Shown in pieces: positions 20,801-35,800 of a stretch of DNA of 64,000 bases. A program made the translations under genes and the position numbers. Below the pieces are notes generated by a model. The model saw only the letters and a program-made list of their open reading frames with translations, was not told the origin of the DNA and searched no databases. Numbering within the stretch: position 1 is the stretch's first letter; each line of letters opens with the position of its first letter. The DNA is from Yuukianura sp. NJ FZ-2021 (lineage: Eukaryota), in the NCBI GenBank assembly GCA_046563655.1, contig JAJCTO010000009.1, positions 496,001-560,000 on the forward strand, written 5' to 3'.

Positions 20801-23800
20801 CGGTACAACGTATTTTACCACAGAGAAACCCCGCTGCTACAAGTGGCAGCTCTGACTGACATACAAACTTATAGAAGTCACCATAGCCTCCATGAGAAGG
20901 AGCAAACAGATATTTTGGAAGCAATCTTGTACTAGAGAACGGTTTGATCAACAAAATGTGTAATGTCTACTCATTTTCGAAAATTTGTTGAATTAGAAAC
21001 GGGGTTATGAACTGCTCGGCACTATTTTCTGTTATCGTCAAAGGAAGATTATCGGTACAACGTATTTTACCACAGAGAAATCCCCGCTGCTACAAGTGGC
21101 AGCTCTGACTGACATACAAACTTATAGAAGCCACCATAGCCTCCATGAGAAGGAGCAAACAGATATTTTGGAAGCAATCTTGTACTAGAGAACGGTGTGA
21201 TCAACAAAATGTGTAATTTCCACTCATTTTCGAAAATTTGTTGAATTAGAAACGGGGTTATGAACTGCTCGGCACTATTTTCTGTTATCTTCAAAGGAAG
21301 ATTATCGGTACAACGTATTTTACCACAGAGAAATCCCCGCTGCTACAAGTGGCAGCTCTGACTGACATACAAACTTATAGAAGCCACCATAGCCTCCATG
21401 AGAAGGAGCAAACAGATATTTTGGAAGCAATCTTGTACTAGAGAACGGTGTGATCAACAAAATGTGTAATTTCCACTCATTTTCGAAAATTTGTTGAATT
21501 ATAAACGGGGTTATGAACTGCTCGGCACTATTTTCTGTTATCGTCAAAGGAAGATTATCGGTACAACGTATTTTACCACAGAGAAACCCCGCTGCTACAA
21601 GTGGCAGCTCTGACTGACATGCAAACTTATAGTAGCCACCATAGCCTCCATGAGAAGGAGCAAACAGATATTTTGAAAGCATTCTTGTACAAGAGAACGG
21701 TGTGATCAACAAAATGTGTAATTTCCACTCATTTTCGAAAATTTGTTGAATTATAAACGGGGTTATGAACTGCTCGGCACTATTTTCTGTTATCGTCAAA
21801 GGAAGATTATCGGTACAACGTATTTTACCACAGAGAAATCCACGCTGCTACAAGTGGCAGCTCTGACTGACATGCAAACTTATAGTAGCCACCATAGCCT
21901 CCATGAGAAGGAGCAAACAGATATTTTGAAAGCATTCTTGTACAAGAGAACGGTGTGATCAACAAAATGTGTAATTTCCACTCATTTTCGAAAATTTGTT
22001 GAATTATAAACGGGGTTATGAACTGCTCGGCACTATTTTCTGTTATCGTCAAAGGAAGATTATCGGTACAACGTATTTTACCACAGAGAAACCCCGCTGC
22101 TACAAGTGGCAGCTCTGACTGACATACAAACTTATAGAAGTCACCATAGCCTCCATGAGAAGGAGCAAACAGATATTTTGGAAGCAATCTTGTACTAGAG
22201 AACGGTGTGATCAACAAAATGTGTAATTTCCACTCATTTTCGAAAATTTGTTGAATTAGAAACGGGGTTATGAACTGCTCGGCACTATTTTCTGTTATCT
22301 TCAAAGGAAGATTATCGGTACAACGTATTTTACCACAGAGAAATCCCCGCTGCTACAAGTGGCAGCTCTGACTGACATGCAAACTTATAGTAGCCACCAT
22401 AGCCTCCATGAGAAGGAGCAAACAGATATTTTGAAAGCATTCTTGTACAAGAGAACGGTGTGATCAACAAAATGTGTAATTTCCACTCATTTTCGAAAAT
22501 TTGTTGAATTATAAACGGGGTTATGAACTGCTCGGCACTATTTTCTGTTATCGTCAAAGGAAGATTATCGGTACAACGTATTTTACCACAGAGAAACCCC
22601 GCTGCTACAAGTGGCAGCTCTGACTGACATACAAACTTACAGAAGTCACCATAGCCTCCATGAGAAGGAGCAAACAGATATTTTGGAAGCAATCTTGTAC
22701 TAGAGAACGGTTTGATCAACAAAATGTGTAATGTCTACTCATTTTCGAAAATTTGTTGAATTAGAAACGGGGTTATGAACTGCTCGGCACTATTTTCTAT
22801 TATCGTCAAAGGAAGATTATCGGTACAACGTATTTTACCACAGAGAAATCCCCGCTGCTACAAGTGGCAGCTCTGACTGACATACAAACTTATAGAAGCC
22901 ACCATAGCCTCCATGAGAAGGAGCAAACAGATATTTTGGAAGCAATCTTGTACTAGAGAACGGTGTGATCAACAAAATGTGTAATTTCCACTCATTTTCG
23001 AAAATTTGTTGAATTATAAACGGGGTTATGAACTGCTCGGCACTATTTTCTATTATCGTCAAAGGAAGATTATCGGTACAACGTATTTTACCACAGAGAA
23101 ATCCCCGCTGCTACAAGTGGCAGCTCTGACTGACATGCAAACTTATAGTAGCCACCATAGCCTCCGTGAGAAGGAGCAAACAGATATTTTGAAAGCAATC
23201 TTGTACTAGAGAACGGTGTGATCAACAAAATGTGTAATGTCTACTCATTTTCGAAAATTTGTTCAATTAGAAGCGTGGTTATGAACAGCTCGGCACTATT
23301 TTCTGTTATCGTCAAAGGAAGATTATCGGTACAACGTATTTTACCGCAGAGAAATCCACGCTGCTACAAGTGGCAGCTCTGACTGACATACAAACTTATA
23401 GTAGCCACCATTGCCTCCATGAGAAGGAGCAAACAGATATTTTGAAAGCATTCTTGTACAAGAGAACGGTGTGATCAACAAAATGTGTAATTTCCACTCA
23501 TTTTCGAAAATTTGTTGAATTATAAACGGGGTTATGAACTGCTCGGCACTATTTTCTGTTATCGTCAAAGGAAGATTAACGGTACAACGTATTTTACCAC
23601 AGAGAAACCCCGCTGCTACAAGTGGCAGCTCTGACTGACATACAAACTTATAGAAGTCACCATAGCCTCCATGAGAAGGAGCAAACAGATATTTTGGAAG
23701 CAATCTTGTACTAGAGAACGGTTTGATCAACAAAATGTGTAATGTCTACTCATTTTCGAAAATTTGTTGAATTAGAAACGGGGTTATGAACTGCTCGGCA

Positions 23801-26800
23801 CTATTTTCTGTTATCGTCAAAGGAAGATTATCGGTACAACGTATTTTACCACAGAGAAATCCCCGCTGCTACAAGTGGCAGCTCTGACTGACATACAAAC
23901 TTATAGAAGCCACCATAGCCTCCATGAGAAGGAGCAAACAGATATTTTGGAAGCAATCTTGTACTAGAGAACGGTGTGATCAACAAAATGTGTAATTTCC
24001 ACTCATTTTCGAAAATTTGTTGAATTATAAACGGGGTTATGAACTGCTCGGCACTATTTTCTGTTATCGTCAAAGGAAGATTAACGGTACAACGTATTTT
24101 ACCACAGAGAAACCCCGCTGCTACAAGTGGCAGCTCTGACTGACATACAAACTTATAGAAGTCACCATAGCCTCCATGAGAAGGAGCAAACAGATATTTT
24201 GGAAGCAATCTTGTACTAGAGAACGGTTTGATCAACAAAATGTGTAATGTCTACTCATTTTCGAAAATTTGTTGAATTAGAAACGGGGTTATGAACTGCT
24301 CGGCACTATTTTCTGTTATCGTCAAAGGAAGATTATCGGTACAACGTATTTTACCACAGAGAAATCCCCGCTGCTACAAGTGGCAGCTCTGACTGACATA
24401 CAAACTTATAGAAGCCACCATAGCCTCCATGAGAAGGAGCAAACAGATATTTTGGAAGCAATCTTGTACTAGAGAACGGTGTGATCAACAAAATGTGTAA
24501 TTTCCACTCATTTTCGAAAATTTGTTGAATTATAAACGGGGTTATGAACTGCTCGGCACTATTTTCTATTATCGTCAAAGGAAGATTATCGGTACAACGT
24601 ATTTTACCACAGAGAAATCCCCGCTGCTACAAGTGGCAGCTCTGACTGACATGCAAACTTATAGTAGCCACCATAGCCTCCGTGAGAAGGAGCAAACAGA
24701 TATTTTGAAAGCATTCTTGTACAAGAGAACGGTGTGATCAACAAAATGTGTAATTTCCACTCATTTTCGAAAATTTGTTGAATTATAAACGGGGTTATGA
24801 ACTGCTCGGCACTATTTTCTGTTATCGTCAAAGGAAGATTATCGGTACAACGTATTTTACCACAGAGAAACCCCGCTGCTACAAGTGGCAGCTCTGACTG
24901 ACATACAAACTTATAGTAGCCAACATTGCCTCCATGAGAAGGAGCAAACAGATATTTTGAAAGCATTCTTGTACAAGAGAACGGTGTGATCAACAAAATG
25001 TGTAATTTCCACTCATTTTCGAAAATTTGTTGAATTATAAACGGGGTTATGAACTGCTCGGCACTATTTTCTATTATCGTCAAAGGAAGATTATCGGTAC
25101 AACGTATTTACCACAGAGAAATCCCCGCTGCTACAAGTGGCAGCTCTGACTGACATGCAAACTTATAGTAGCCACCATAGCATCCATGAGAAGGAGCAAA
25201 CAGATATTTTGAAAGCATTCTTGTACAAGAGAACGGTGTGATCAACAAAATGTGTAATTTCCACTCATTTTCGAAAATTTGTTGAATTATAAACGGGGTT
25301 ATGAACTGCTCGGCACTATTTTCTGTTATCGTCAAAGGAAGATTAACGGTACAACGTATTTTACCACAGAGAAACCCCGCTGCTACAAGTGGCAGCTCTG
25401 ACTGACATACAAACTTATAGAAGTCACCATAGCCTCCATGAGAAGGAGCAAACAGATATTTTGGAAGCAATCTTGTACTAGAGAACGGTTTGATCAACAA
25501 AATGTGTAATGTCTACTCATTTTCGAAAATTTGTTGAATTAGAAACGGGGTTATGAACTGCTCGGCACTATTTTCTGTTATCGTCAAAGGAAGATTATCG
25601 GTACAACGTATTTTACCACAGAGAAATCCCCGCTGCTACAAGTGGCAGCTCTGACTGACATACAAACTTATAGAAGCCACCATAGCCTCCATGAGAAGGA
25701 GCAAACAGATATTTTGGAAGCAATCTTGTACTAGAGAACGGTGTGATCAACAAAATGTGTAATTTCCACTCATTTTCGAAAATTTGTTGAATTAGAAACG
25801 GGGTTATGAACTGCTCGGCACTATTTTCTGTTATCTTCAAAGGAAGATTATCGGTACAACGTATTTTACCACAGAGAAATCCCCGCTGCTACAAGTGGCA
25901 GCTCTGACTGACATACAAACTTATAGAAGCCACCATAGCCTCCATGAGAAGGAGCAAACAGATATTTTGGAAGCAATCTTGTACTAGAGAACGGTGTGAT
26001 CAACAAAATGTGTAATTTCCACTCATTTTCGAAAATTTGTTGAATTATAAACGGGGTTATGAACTGCTCGGCACTATTTTCTGTTATCGTCAAAGGAAGA
26101 TTATCGGTACAACGTATTTTACCACAGAGAAACCCCGCTGCTACAAGTGGCAGCTCTGACTGACATGCAAACTTATAGTAGCCACCATAGCCTCCATGAG
26201 AAGGAGCAAACAGATATTTTGAAAGCATTCTTGTACAAGAGAACGGTGTGATCAACAAAATGTGTAATTTCCACTCATTTTCGAAAATTTGTTGAATTAT
26301 AAACGGGGTTATGAACTGCTCGGCACTATTTTCTGTTATCGTCAAAGGAAGATTATCGGTACAACGTATTTTACCACAGAGAAATCCACGCTGCTACAAG
26401 TGGCAGCTCTGACTGACATGCAAACTTATAGTAGCCACCATAGCCTCCATGAGAAGGAGCAAACAGATATTTTGAAAGCATTCTTGTACAAGAGAACGGT
26501 GTGATCAACAAAATGTGTAATTTCCACTCATTTTCGAAAATTTGTTGAATTATAAACGGGGTTATGAACTGCTCGGCACTATTTTCTGTTATCGTCAAAG
26601 GAAGATTATCGGTACAACGTATTTTACCACAGAGAAACCCCGCTGCTACAAGTGGCAGCTCTGACTGACATACAAACTTATAGAAGTCACCATAGCCTCC
26701 ATGAGAAGGAGCAAACAGATATTTTGGAAGCAATCTTGTACTAGAGAACGGTGTGATCAACAAAATGTGTAATGTCTACTCATTTTCGAAAATTTGTTCA

Positions 26801-29800
26801 ATTAGAAGCGTGGTTATGAACAGCTCGGCACTATTTTCTGTTATCGTCAAAGGAAGATTATCGGTACAACGTATTTTACCGCAGAGAAATCCACGCTGCT
26901 ACAAGTGGCAGCTCTGACTGACATACAAACTTATAGTAGCCACCATTGCCTCCATGAGAAGGAGCAAACAGATATTTTGAAAGCATTCTTGTACAAGAGA
27001 ACGGTGTGATCAACAAAATGTGTAATTTCCACTCATTTTCGAAAATTTGTTGAATTATAAACGGGGTTATGAACTGCTCGGCACTATTTTCTGTTATCGT
27101 CAAAGGAAGATTAACGGTACAACGTATTTTACCACAGAGAAACCCCGCTGCTACAAGTGGCAGCTCTGACTGACATACAAACTTATAGAAGTCACCATAG
27201 CCTCCATGAGAAGGAGCAAACAGATATTTTGGAAGCAATCTTGTACTAGAGAACGGTGTGATCAACAAAATGTGTAATGTCTACTCATTTTCGAAAATTT
27301 GTTCAATTAGAAGCGTGGTTATGAACAGCTCGGCACTATTTTCTGTTATCGTCAAAGGAAGATTATCGGTACAACGTATTTTACCGCAGAGAAATCCACG
27401 CTGCTACAAGTGGCAGCTCTGACTGACATACAAACTTATAGTAGCCACCATTGCCTCCATGAGAAGGAGCAAACAGATATTTTGAAAGCATTCTTGTACA
27501 AGAGAACGGTGTGATCAACAAAATGTGTAATTTCCACTCATTTTCGAAAATTTGTTGAATTATAAACGGGGTTATGAACTGCTCGGCACTATTTTCTGTT
27601 ATCGTCAAAGGAAGATTAACGGTACAACGTATTTTACCACAGAGAAACCCCGCTGCTACAAGTGGCAGCTCTGACTGACATACAAACTTATAGAAGTCAC
27701 CATAGCCTCCATGAGAAGGAGCAAACAGATATTTTGGAAGCAATCTTGTACTAGAGAACGGTTTGATCAACAAAATGTGTAATGTCTACTCATTTTCGAA
27801 AATTTGTTGAATTAGAAACGGGGTTATGAACTGCTCGGCACTATTTTCTGTTATCGTCAAAGGAAGATTATCGGTACAACGTATTTTACCACAGAGAAAT
27901 CCCCGCTGCTACAAGTGGCAGCTCTGACTGACATACAAACTTATAGAAGCCACCATAGCCTCCATGAGAAGGAGCAAACAGATATTTTGGAAGCAATCTT
28001 GTACTAGAGAACGGTGTGATCAACAAAATGTGTAATTTCCACTCATTTTCGAAAATTTGTTGAATTATAAACGGGGTTATGAACTGCTCGGCACTATTTT
28101 CTGTTATCGTCAAAGGAAGATTAACGGTACAACGTATTTTACCACAGAGAAACCCCGCTGCTACAAGTGGCAGCTCTGACTGACATACAAACTTATAGAA
28201 GTCACCATAGCCTCCATGAGAAGGAGCAAACAGATATTTTGGAAGCAATCTTGCACTAGAGAACGGTTTGATCAACAAAATGTGTAATGTCTACTCATTT
28301 TCGAAAATTTGTTGAATTAGAAACGGGGTTATGAACTGCTCGGCACTATTTTCTGTTATCGTCAAAGGAAGATTATCGGTACAACGTATTTTACCACAGA
28401 GAAATCCCCGCTGCTACAAGTGGCAGCTCTGACTGACATACAAACTTATAGAAGCCACCATAGCCTCCATGAGAAGGAGCAAACAGATATTTTGGAAGCA
28501 ATCTTGTACTAGAGAACGGTGTGATCAACAAAATGTGTAATTTCCACTCATTTTCGAAAATTTGTTGAATTATAAACGGGGTTATGAACTGCTCGGCACT
28601 ATTTTCTATTATCGTCAAAGGAAGATTATCGGTACAACGTATTTTACCACAGAGAAATCCCCGCTGCTACAAGTGGCAGCTCTGACTGACATGCAAACTT
28701 ATAGTAGCCACCATAGCCTCCGTGAGAAGGAGCAAACAGATATTTTGAAAGCATTCTTGTACAAGAGAACGGTGTGATCAACAAAATGTGTAATTTCCAC
28801 TCATTTTCGAAAATTTGTTGAATTATAAACGGGGTTATGAACTGCTCGGCACTATTTTCTGTTATCGTCAAAGGAAGATTATCGGTACAACGTATTTTAC
28901 CACAGAGAAACCCCGCTGCTACAAGTGGCAGCTCTGACTGACATACAAACTTATAGTAGCCAACATTGCCTCCATGAGAAGGAGCAAACAGATATTTTGA
29001 AAGCATTCTTGTACAAGAGAACGGTGTGATCAACAAAATGTGTAATTTCCACTCATTTTCGAAAATTTGTTGAATTATAAACGGGGTTATGAACTGCTCG
29101 GCACTATTTTCTATTATCGTCAAAGGAAGATTATCGGTACAACGTATTTACCACAGAGAAATCCCCGCTGCTACAAGTGGCAGCTCTGACTGACATGCAA
29201 ACTTATAGTAGCCACCATAGCATCCATGAGAAGGAGCAAACAGATATTTTGAAAGCATTCTTGTACAAGAGAACGGTGTGATCAACAAAATGTGTAATTT
29301 CCACTCATTTTCGAAAATTTGTTGAATTATAAACGGGGTTATGAACTGCTCGGCACTATTTTCTGTTATCGTCAAAGGAAGATTAACGGTACAACGTATT
29401 TTACCACAGAGAAACCCCGCTGCTACAAGTGGCAGCTCTGACTGACATACAAACTTATAGAAGTCACCATAGCCTCCATGAGAAGGAGCAAACAGATATT
29501 TTGGAAGCAATCTTGTACTAGAGAACGGTTTGATCAACAAAATGTGTAATGTCTACTCATTTTCGAAAATTTGTTGAATTAGAAACGGGGTTATGAACTG
29601 CTCGGCACTATTTTCTGTTATCGTCAAAGGAAGATTATCGGTACAACGTATTTTACCACAGAGAAATCCCCGCTGCTACAAGTGGCAGCTCTGACTGACA
29701 TACAAACTTATAGAAGCCACCATAGCCTCCATGAGAAGGAGCAAACAGATATTTTGGAAGCAATCTTGTACTAGAGAACGGTGTGATCAACAAAATGTGT

Positions 29801-32800
29801 AATTTCCACTCATTTTCGAAAATTTGTTGAATTAGAAACGGGGTTATGAACTGCTCGGCACTATTTTCTGTTATCTTCAAAGGAAGATTATCGGTACAAC
29901 GTATTTTACCACAGAGAAATCCCCGCTGCTACAAGTGGCAGCTCTGACTGACATACAAACTTATAGAAGCCACCATAGCCTCCATGAGAAGGAGCAAACA
30001 GATATTTTGGAAGCAATCTTGTACTAGAGAACGGTGTGATCAACAAAATGTGTAATTTCCACTCATTTTCGAAAATTTGTTGAATTATAAACGGGGTTAT
30101 GAACTGCTCGGCACTATTTTCTGTTATCGTCAAAGGAAGATTATCGGTACAACGTATTTTACCACAGAGAAACCCCGCTGCTACAAGTGGCAGCTCTGAC
30201 TGACATGCAAACTTATAGTAGCCACCATAGCCTCCATGAGAAGGAGCAAACAGATATTTTGAAAGCATTCTTGTACAAGAGAACGGTGTGATCAACAAAA
30301 TGTGTAATTTCCACTCATTTTCGAAAATTTGTTGAATTATAAACGGGGTTATGAACTGCTCGGCACTATTTTCTGTTATCGTCAAAGGAAGATTATCGGT
30401 ACAACGTATTTTACCACAGAGAAATCCACGCTGCTACAAGTGGCAGCTCTGACTGACATGCAAACTTATAGTAGCCACCATAGCCTCCATGAGAAGGAGC
30501 AAACAGATATTTTGAAAGCATTCTTGTACAAGAGAACGGTGTGATCAACAAAATGTGTAATTTCCACTCATTTTCGAAAATTTGTTGAATTATAAACGGG
30601 GTTATGAACTGCTCGGCACTATTTTCTGTTATCGTCAAAGGAAGATTATCGGTACAACGTATTTTACCACAGAGAAACCCCGCTGCTACAAGTGGCAGCT
30701 CTGACTGACATACAAACTTATAGAAGTCACCATAGCCTCCATGAGAAGGAGCAAACAGATATTTTGGAAGCAATCTTGTACTAGAGAACGGTGTGATCAA
30801 CAAAATGTGTAATTTCCACTCATTTTCGAAAATTTGTTGAATTAGAAACGGGGTTATGAACTGCTCGGCACTATTTTCTGTTATCTTCAAAGGAAGATTA
30901 TCGGTACAACGTATTTTACCACAGAGAAATCCCCGCTGCTACAAGTGGCAGCTCTGACTGACATGCAAACTTATAGTAGCCACCATAGCCTCCATGAGAA
31001 GGAGCAAACAGATATTTTGAAAGCATTCTTGTACAAGAGAACGGTGTGATCAACAAAATGTGTAATTTCCACTCATTTTCGAAAATTTGTTGAATTATAA
31101 ACGGGGTTATGAACTGCTCGGCACTATTTTCTGTTATCGTCAAAGGAAGATTATCGGTACAACGTATTTTACCACAGAGAAACCCCGCTGCTACAAGTGG
31201 CAGCTCTGACTGACATACAAACTTACAGAAGTCACCATAGCCTCCATGAGAAGGAGCAAACAGATATTTTGGAAGCAATCTTGTACTAGAGAACGGTTTG
31301 ATCAACAAAATGTGTAATGTCTACTCATTTTCGAAAATTTGTTGAATTAGAAACGGGGTTATGAACTGCTCGGCACTATTTTCTATTATCGTCAAAGGAA
31401 GATTATCGGTACAACGTATTTTACCACAGAGAAATCCCCGCTGCTACAAGTTGCAGCTCTGACTGACATACAAACTTATAGAAGCCACCATAGCCTCCAT
31501 GAGAAGGAGCAAACAGATATTTTGGAAGCAATCTTGTACTAGAGAACGGTGTGATCAACAAAATGTGTAATTTCCACTCATTTTCGAAAATTTGTTGAAT
31601 TATAAACGGGGTTATGAACTGCTCGGCACTATTTTCTATTATCGTCAAAGGAAGATTATCGGTACAACGTATTTTACCACAGAGAAATCCCCGCTGCTAC
31701 AAGTGGCAGCTCTGACTGACATGCAAACTTATAGTAGCCACCATAGCCTCCGTGAGAAGGAGCAAACAGATATTTTGAAAGCAATCTTGTACTAGAGAAC
31801 GGTGTGATCAACAAAATGTGTAATGTCTACTCATTTTCGAAAATTTGTTCAATTAGAAGCGTGGTTATGAACAGCTCGGCACTATTTTCTGTTATCGTCA
31901 AAGGAAGATTATCGGTACAACGTATTTTACCGCAGAGAAATCCACGCTGCTACAAGTGGCAGCTCTGACTGACATACAAACTTATAGTAGCCACCATTGC
32001 CTCCATGAGAAGGAGCAAACAGATATTTTGAAAGCATTCTTGTACAAGAGAACGGTGTGATCAACAAAATGTGTAATTTCCACTCATTTTCGAAAATTTG
32101 TTGAATTATAAACGGGGTTATGAACTGCTCGGCACTATTTTCTGTTATCGTCAAAGGAAGATTATCGGTACAACGTATTTTACCACAGAGAAATCCCCGC
32201 TGCTACAAGTGGCAGCTCTGACTGACATACAAACTTATAGAAGTCACCATAGCCTCCATGAGAAGGAGCAAACAGATATTTTGGAAGCAATCTTGTACTA
32301 GAGAACGGTGTGATCAACAAAATGTGTAATTTCCACTCATTTTCGAAAATTTGTTGAATTATAAACGGGGTTATGAACTGCTCGGCACTATTTTCTATTA
32401 TCGTCAAAGGAAGATTATCGGTACAACGTATTTTACCACAGAGAAATCCCCGCTGCTACAAGTGGCAGCTCTGACTGACATGCAAACTTATAGTAGCCAC
32501 CATAGCATCCATGAGAAGGAGCAAACAGATATTTTGAAAGCATTCTTGTACAAGAGAACGGTGTGATCAACAAAATGTGTAATTTCCACTCATTTTCGAA
32601 AATTTGTTGAATTAGAAACGGGGTTATGAACTGCTCGGCACTATTTTCTGTTATCTTCAAAGGAAGATTATCGGTACAACGTATTTTACCACAGAGAAAT
32701 CCCCGCTGCTACAAGTGGCAGCTCTGACTGACATGCAAACTTATAGTAGCCACCATAGCCTCCATGAGAAGGAGCAAACAGATATTTTGAAAGCATTCTT

Positions 32801-35800
32801 GTACAAGAGAACGGTGTGATCAACAAAATGTGTAATTTCCACTCATTTTCGAAAATTTGTTGAATTATAAACGGGGTTATGAACTGCTCGGCACTATTTT
32901 CTGTTATCGTCAAAGGAAGATTATCGGTACAACGTATTTTACCACAGAGAAATCCCCGCTGCTACAAGTGGCAGCTCTGACTGACATGCAAACTTATAGT
33001 AGCCACCATAGCATCCATGAGAAGGAGCAAACAGATATTTTGAAAGCATTCTTGTACTAGAGAACGGTTTGATCAACAAAATGTGTAATGTCTACTCATT
33101 TTCGAAAATTTGTTGAATTAGAAACGGGGTTATGAACTGCTCGGCACTGTTTTCTGTTATCGTCAAAGGAAGATTATCGGTACAACGTATTTTACCACAG
33201 AGAAATCCCCGCTGCTACAAGTGGCAGCTCTGACTGACATGCAAACTTATAGTAGCCACCATAGCATCCATGAGAAGGAGCAAACAGATATTTTGAAAGC
33301 ATTCTTGTACAAAGGAACGGTGTGATCAACAAAATGTGTAATTTCCACTCATTCTCGAAAATTTGTTGAATTAGAAACGGGGTTATGAACTGCTCGGCAC
33401 TGTTTTCTGTTATCGTCAAAGGAAGATTATCGGTACAACGTATTTTACCACAGAGAAATCCCCGCTGCTACAAGTGGCAGCTCTGACTGACATGCAAACT
33501 TATAGTAGCCACCATAGCATCCATGAGAAGGAGCAAACAGATATTTTGAAAGCATTCTTGTACTAGAGAACGGTTTGATCAACAAAATGTGTAATGTCTA
33601 CTCATTTTCGAAAATTTGTTGAATTAGAAACGGGGTTATGAACTGCTCGGCACTGTTTTCTGTTATCGTCAAAGGAAGATTATCGGTACAACGTATTTTA
33701 CCACAGAGAAATCCCCGCTGCTACAAGTGGCAGCTCTGACTGACATACAAACTTATAGTAGCCACCATAGCCTCCATGAGCAGGAGCAAACAGATATTTT
33801 GAAAGCATTCTTGTACAAGGGAACGGTGTGATCAACAAAATGTGTAATTTCCACTTATTTTCGAAAATTTGTTGAATTATAAACGGGGTTATGAACTGCT
33901 CGGCACTATTTTCTGTTATCGTCAAAGGAAGATTATCGGTACAACGTATTTTACCACAGAGAAATCCCCGCTGCTACAAGTGGCAGCGCTGACTGACATA
34001 CAAACTTATAGAAGCCACCATAGCCTCCATGAGAAGGAGCAAACAGATATTTTGGAAGCAATCTTGTACTGGAGAACGGTGTGATCAACAAAATGTGTAA
34101 TTTCCACTCATTTTCGAAAATTTGTTGAATTATAAACGGGGTTATGAACTGCTCGGCACTATTTTCTATTATCGTCAAAGGAAGATTATCGGTACAACGT
34201 ATTTTACCACAGAGAAATCCCCGCTGCTACAAGTGGCAGCTCTGACTGACATGCAAACTTATAGTAGCCACCATAGCATCCATGAGAAGGAGCAAACAGA
34301 TATTTTGAAAGCATTCTTGTACAAGAGAACGGTGTGATCAACAAAATGTGTAATTTCCACTCATTTTCGAAAATTTGTTGAATTAGAAACGGGGTTATGA
34401 ACTGCTCGGCACTATTTTCTGTTTTCGTCAAAGGAAGATTATCGGTACAACGTATTTTACCACAGAGAAATCCCCGCTGCTACAAGTGGCAGCGCTGACT
34501 GACATACAAACTTATAGAAGCCACCATAGCCTCCATGAGAAGGAGCAAACAGATATTTTGGAAGCAATCTTGCACTAGAGAACGGTGTGATCAACAAAAT
34601 GTGTAATTTCCACTCATTTTCGAAAATTTGTTGAATTAGAAACGGGGTTATGAACTGCTCGGCACTATTTTCTGTTTTTGTCAAAGGAAGATTATCGGTA
34701 CAACGTATTTTACCACAGAGAAATCCCCGCTGCTACAAGTGGCAGCGCTGACTGACATACAAACTTATAGAAGCCACCATAGCCTCCATGAGAAGGAGCA
34801 AACAGATATTTTGGAAGCAATCTTGTACTAGAGAACGGTGTGATCAACAAAATGTGTAATTTCCACTCATTTTCGAAAATTTGTTGAATTAGAAACGGGG
34901 TTATGAACTGCTCGGCACTATTTTCTATTATCGTCAAAGGAAGATTATCGGTACAACGTATTTTACCACAGAGAAATCCCCGCTGCTACAAGTGGCAGCT
35001 CTGACTGACATACAAACTTATAGTAGCCACCATAGCCTCCATGAGCAGGAGCAAACAGATATTTTGAAAGCATTCTTGTACAAGGGAACGGTGTGATCAA
35101 CAAAATGTGTAATTTCCACTTATTTTCGAAAATTTGTTGAATTATAAACGGGGTTATGAACTGCTCGGCACTATTTTTTGTTATCGTCAAAGGAAGATTA
35201 TCGGTACAACGTATTTTACCACAGAGAAATCCCCGCTGCTACAAGTGGCAGCTCTGACTGACATGCAAACTTATAGTAGCCACCATAGCATCCATGAGAA
35301 GGAGCAAACAGATATTTTGAAAGCATTCTTGTACAAGGGAACGGTGTGATCAACAAAATGTGTAATTTCCACTCATTCTCGAAAATTTGTTGAATTAGAA
35401 ACGGGGTTATGAACTGCTCGGCACTGTTTTCTGTTATCGTCAAAGGAAGATTATCGGTACAACGTATTTTACCACAGAGAAATCCCCGCTGCTACAAGTG
35501 GCAGCTCTGACTGACATGCAAACTTATAGTAGCCACCATAGCATCCATGAGAAGGAGCAAACAGATATTTTGAAAGCATTCTTGTACTCGAGAACGGTTT
35601 GATCAACAAAATGTGTAATGTCTACTCATTTTCGAAAATTTGTTGAATTAGAAACGGGGTTATGAACTGCTCGGCACTGTTTTCTGTTATCGTCAAAGGA
35701 AGATTATCGGTACAACGTATTTTACCACAGAGAAATCCCCGCTGCTACAAGTGGCAGCTCTGACTGACATGCAAACTTATAGTAGCCACCATAGCATCCA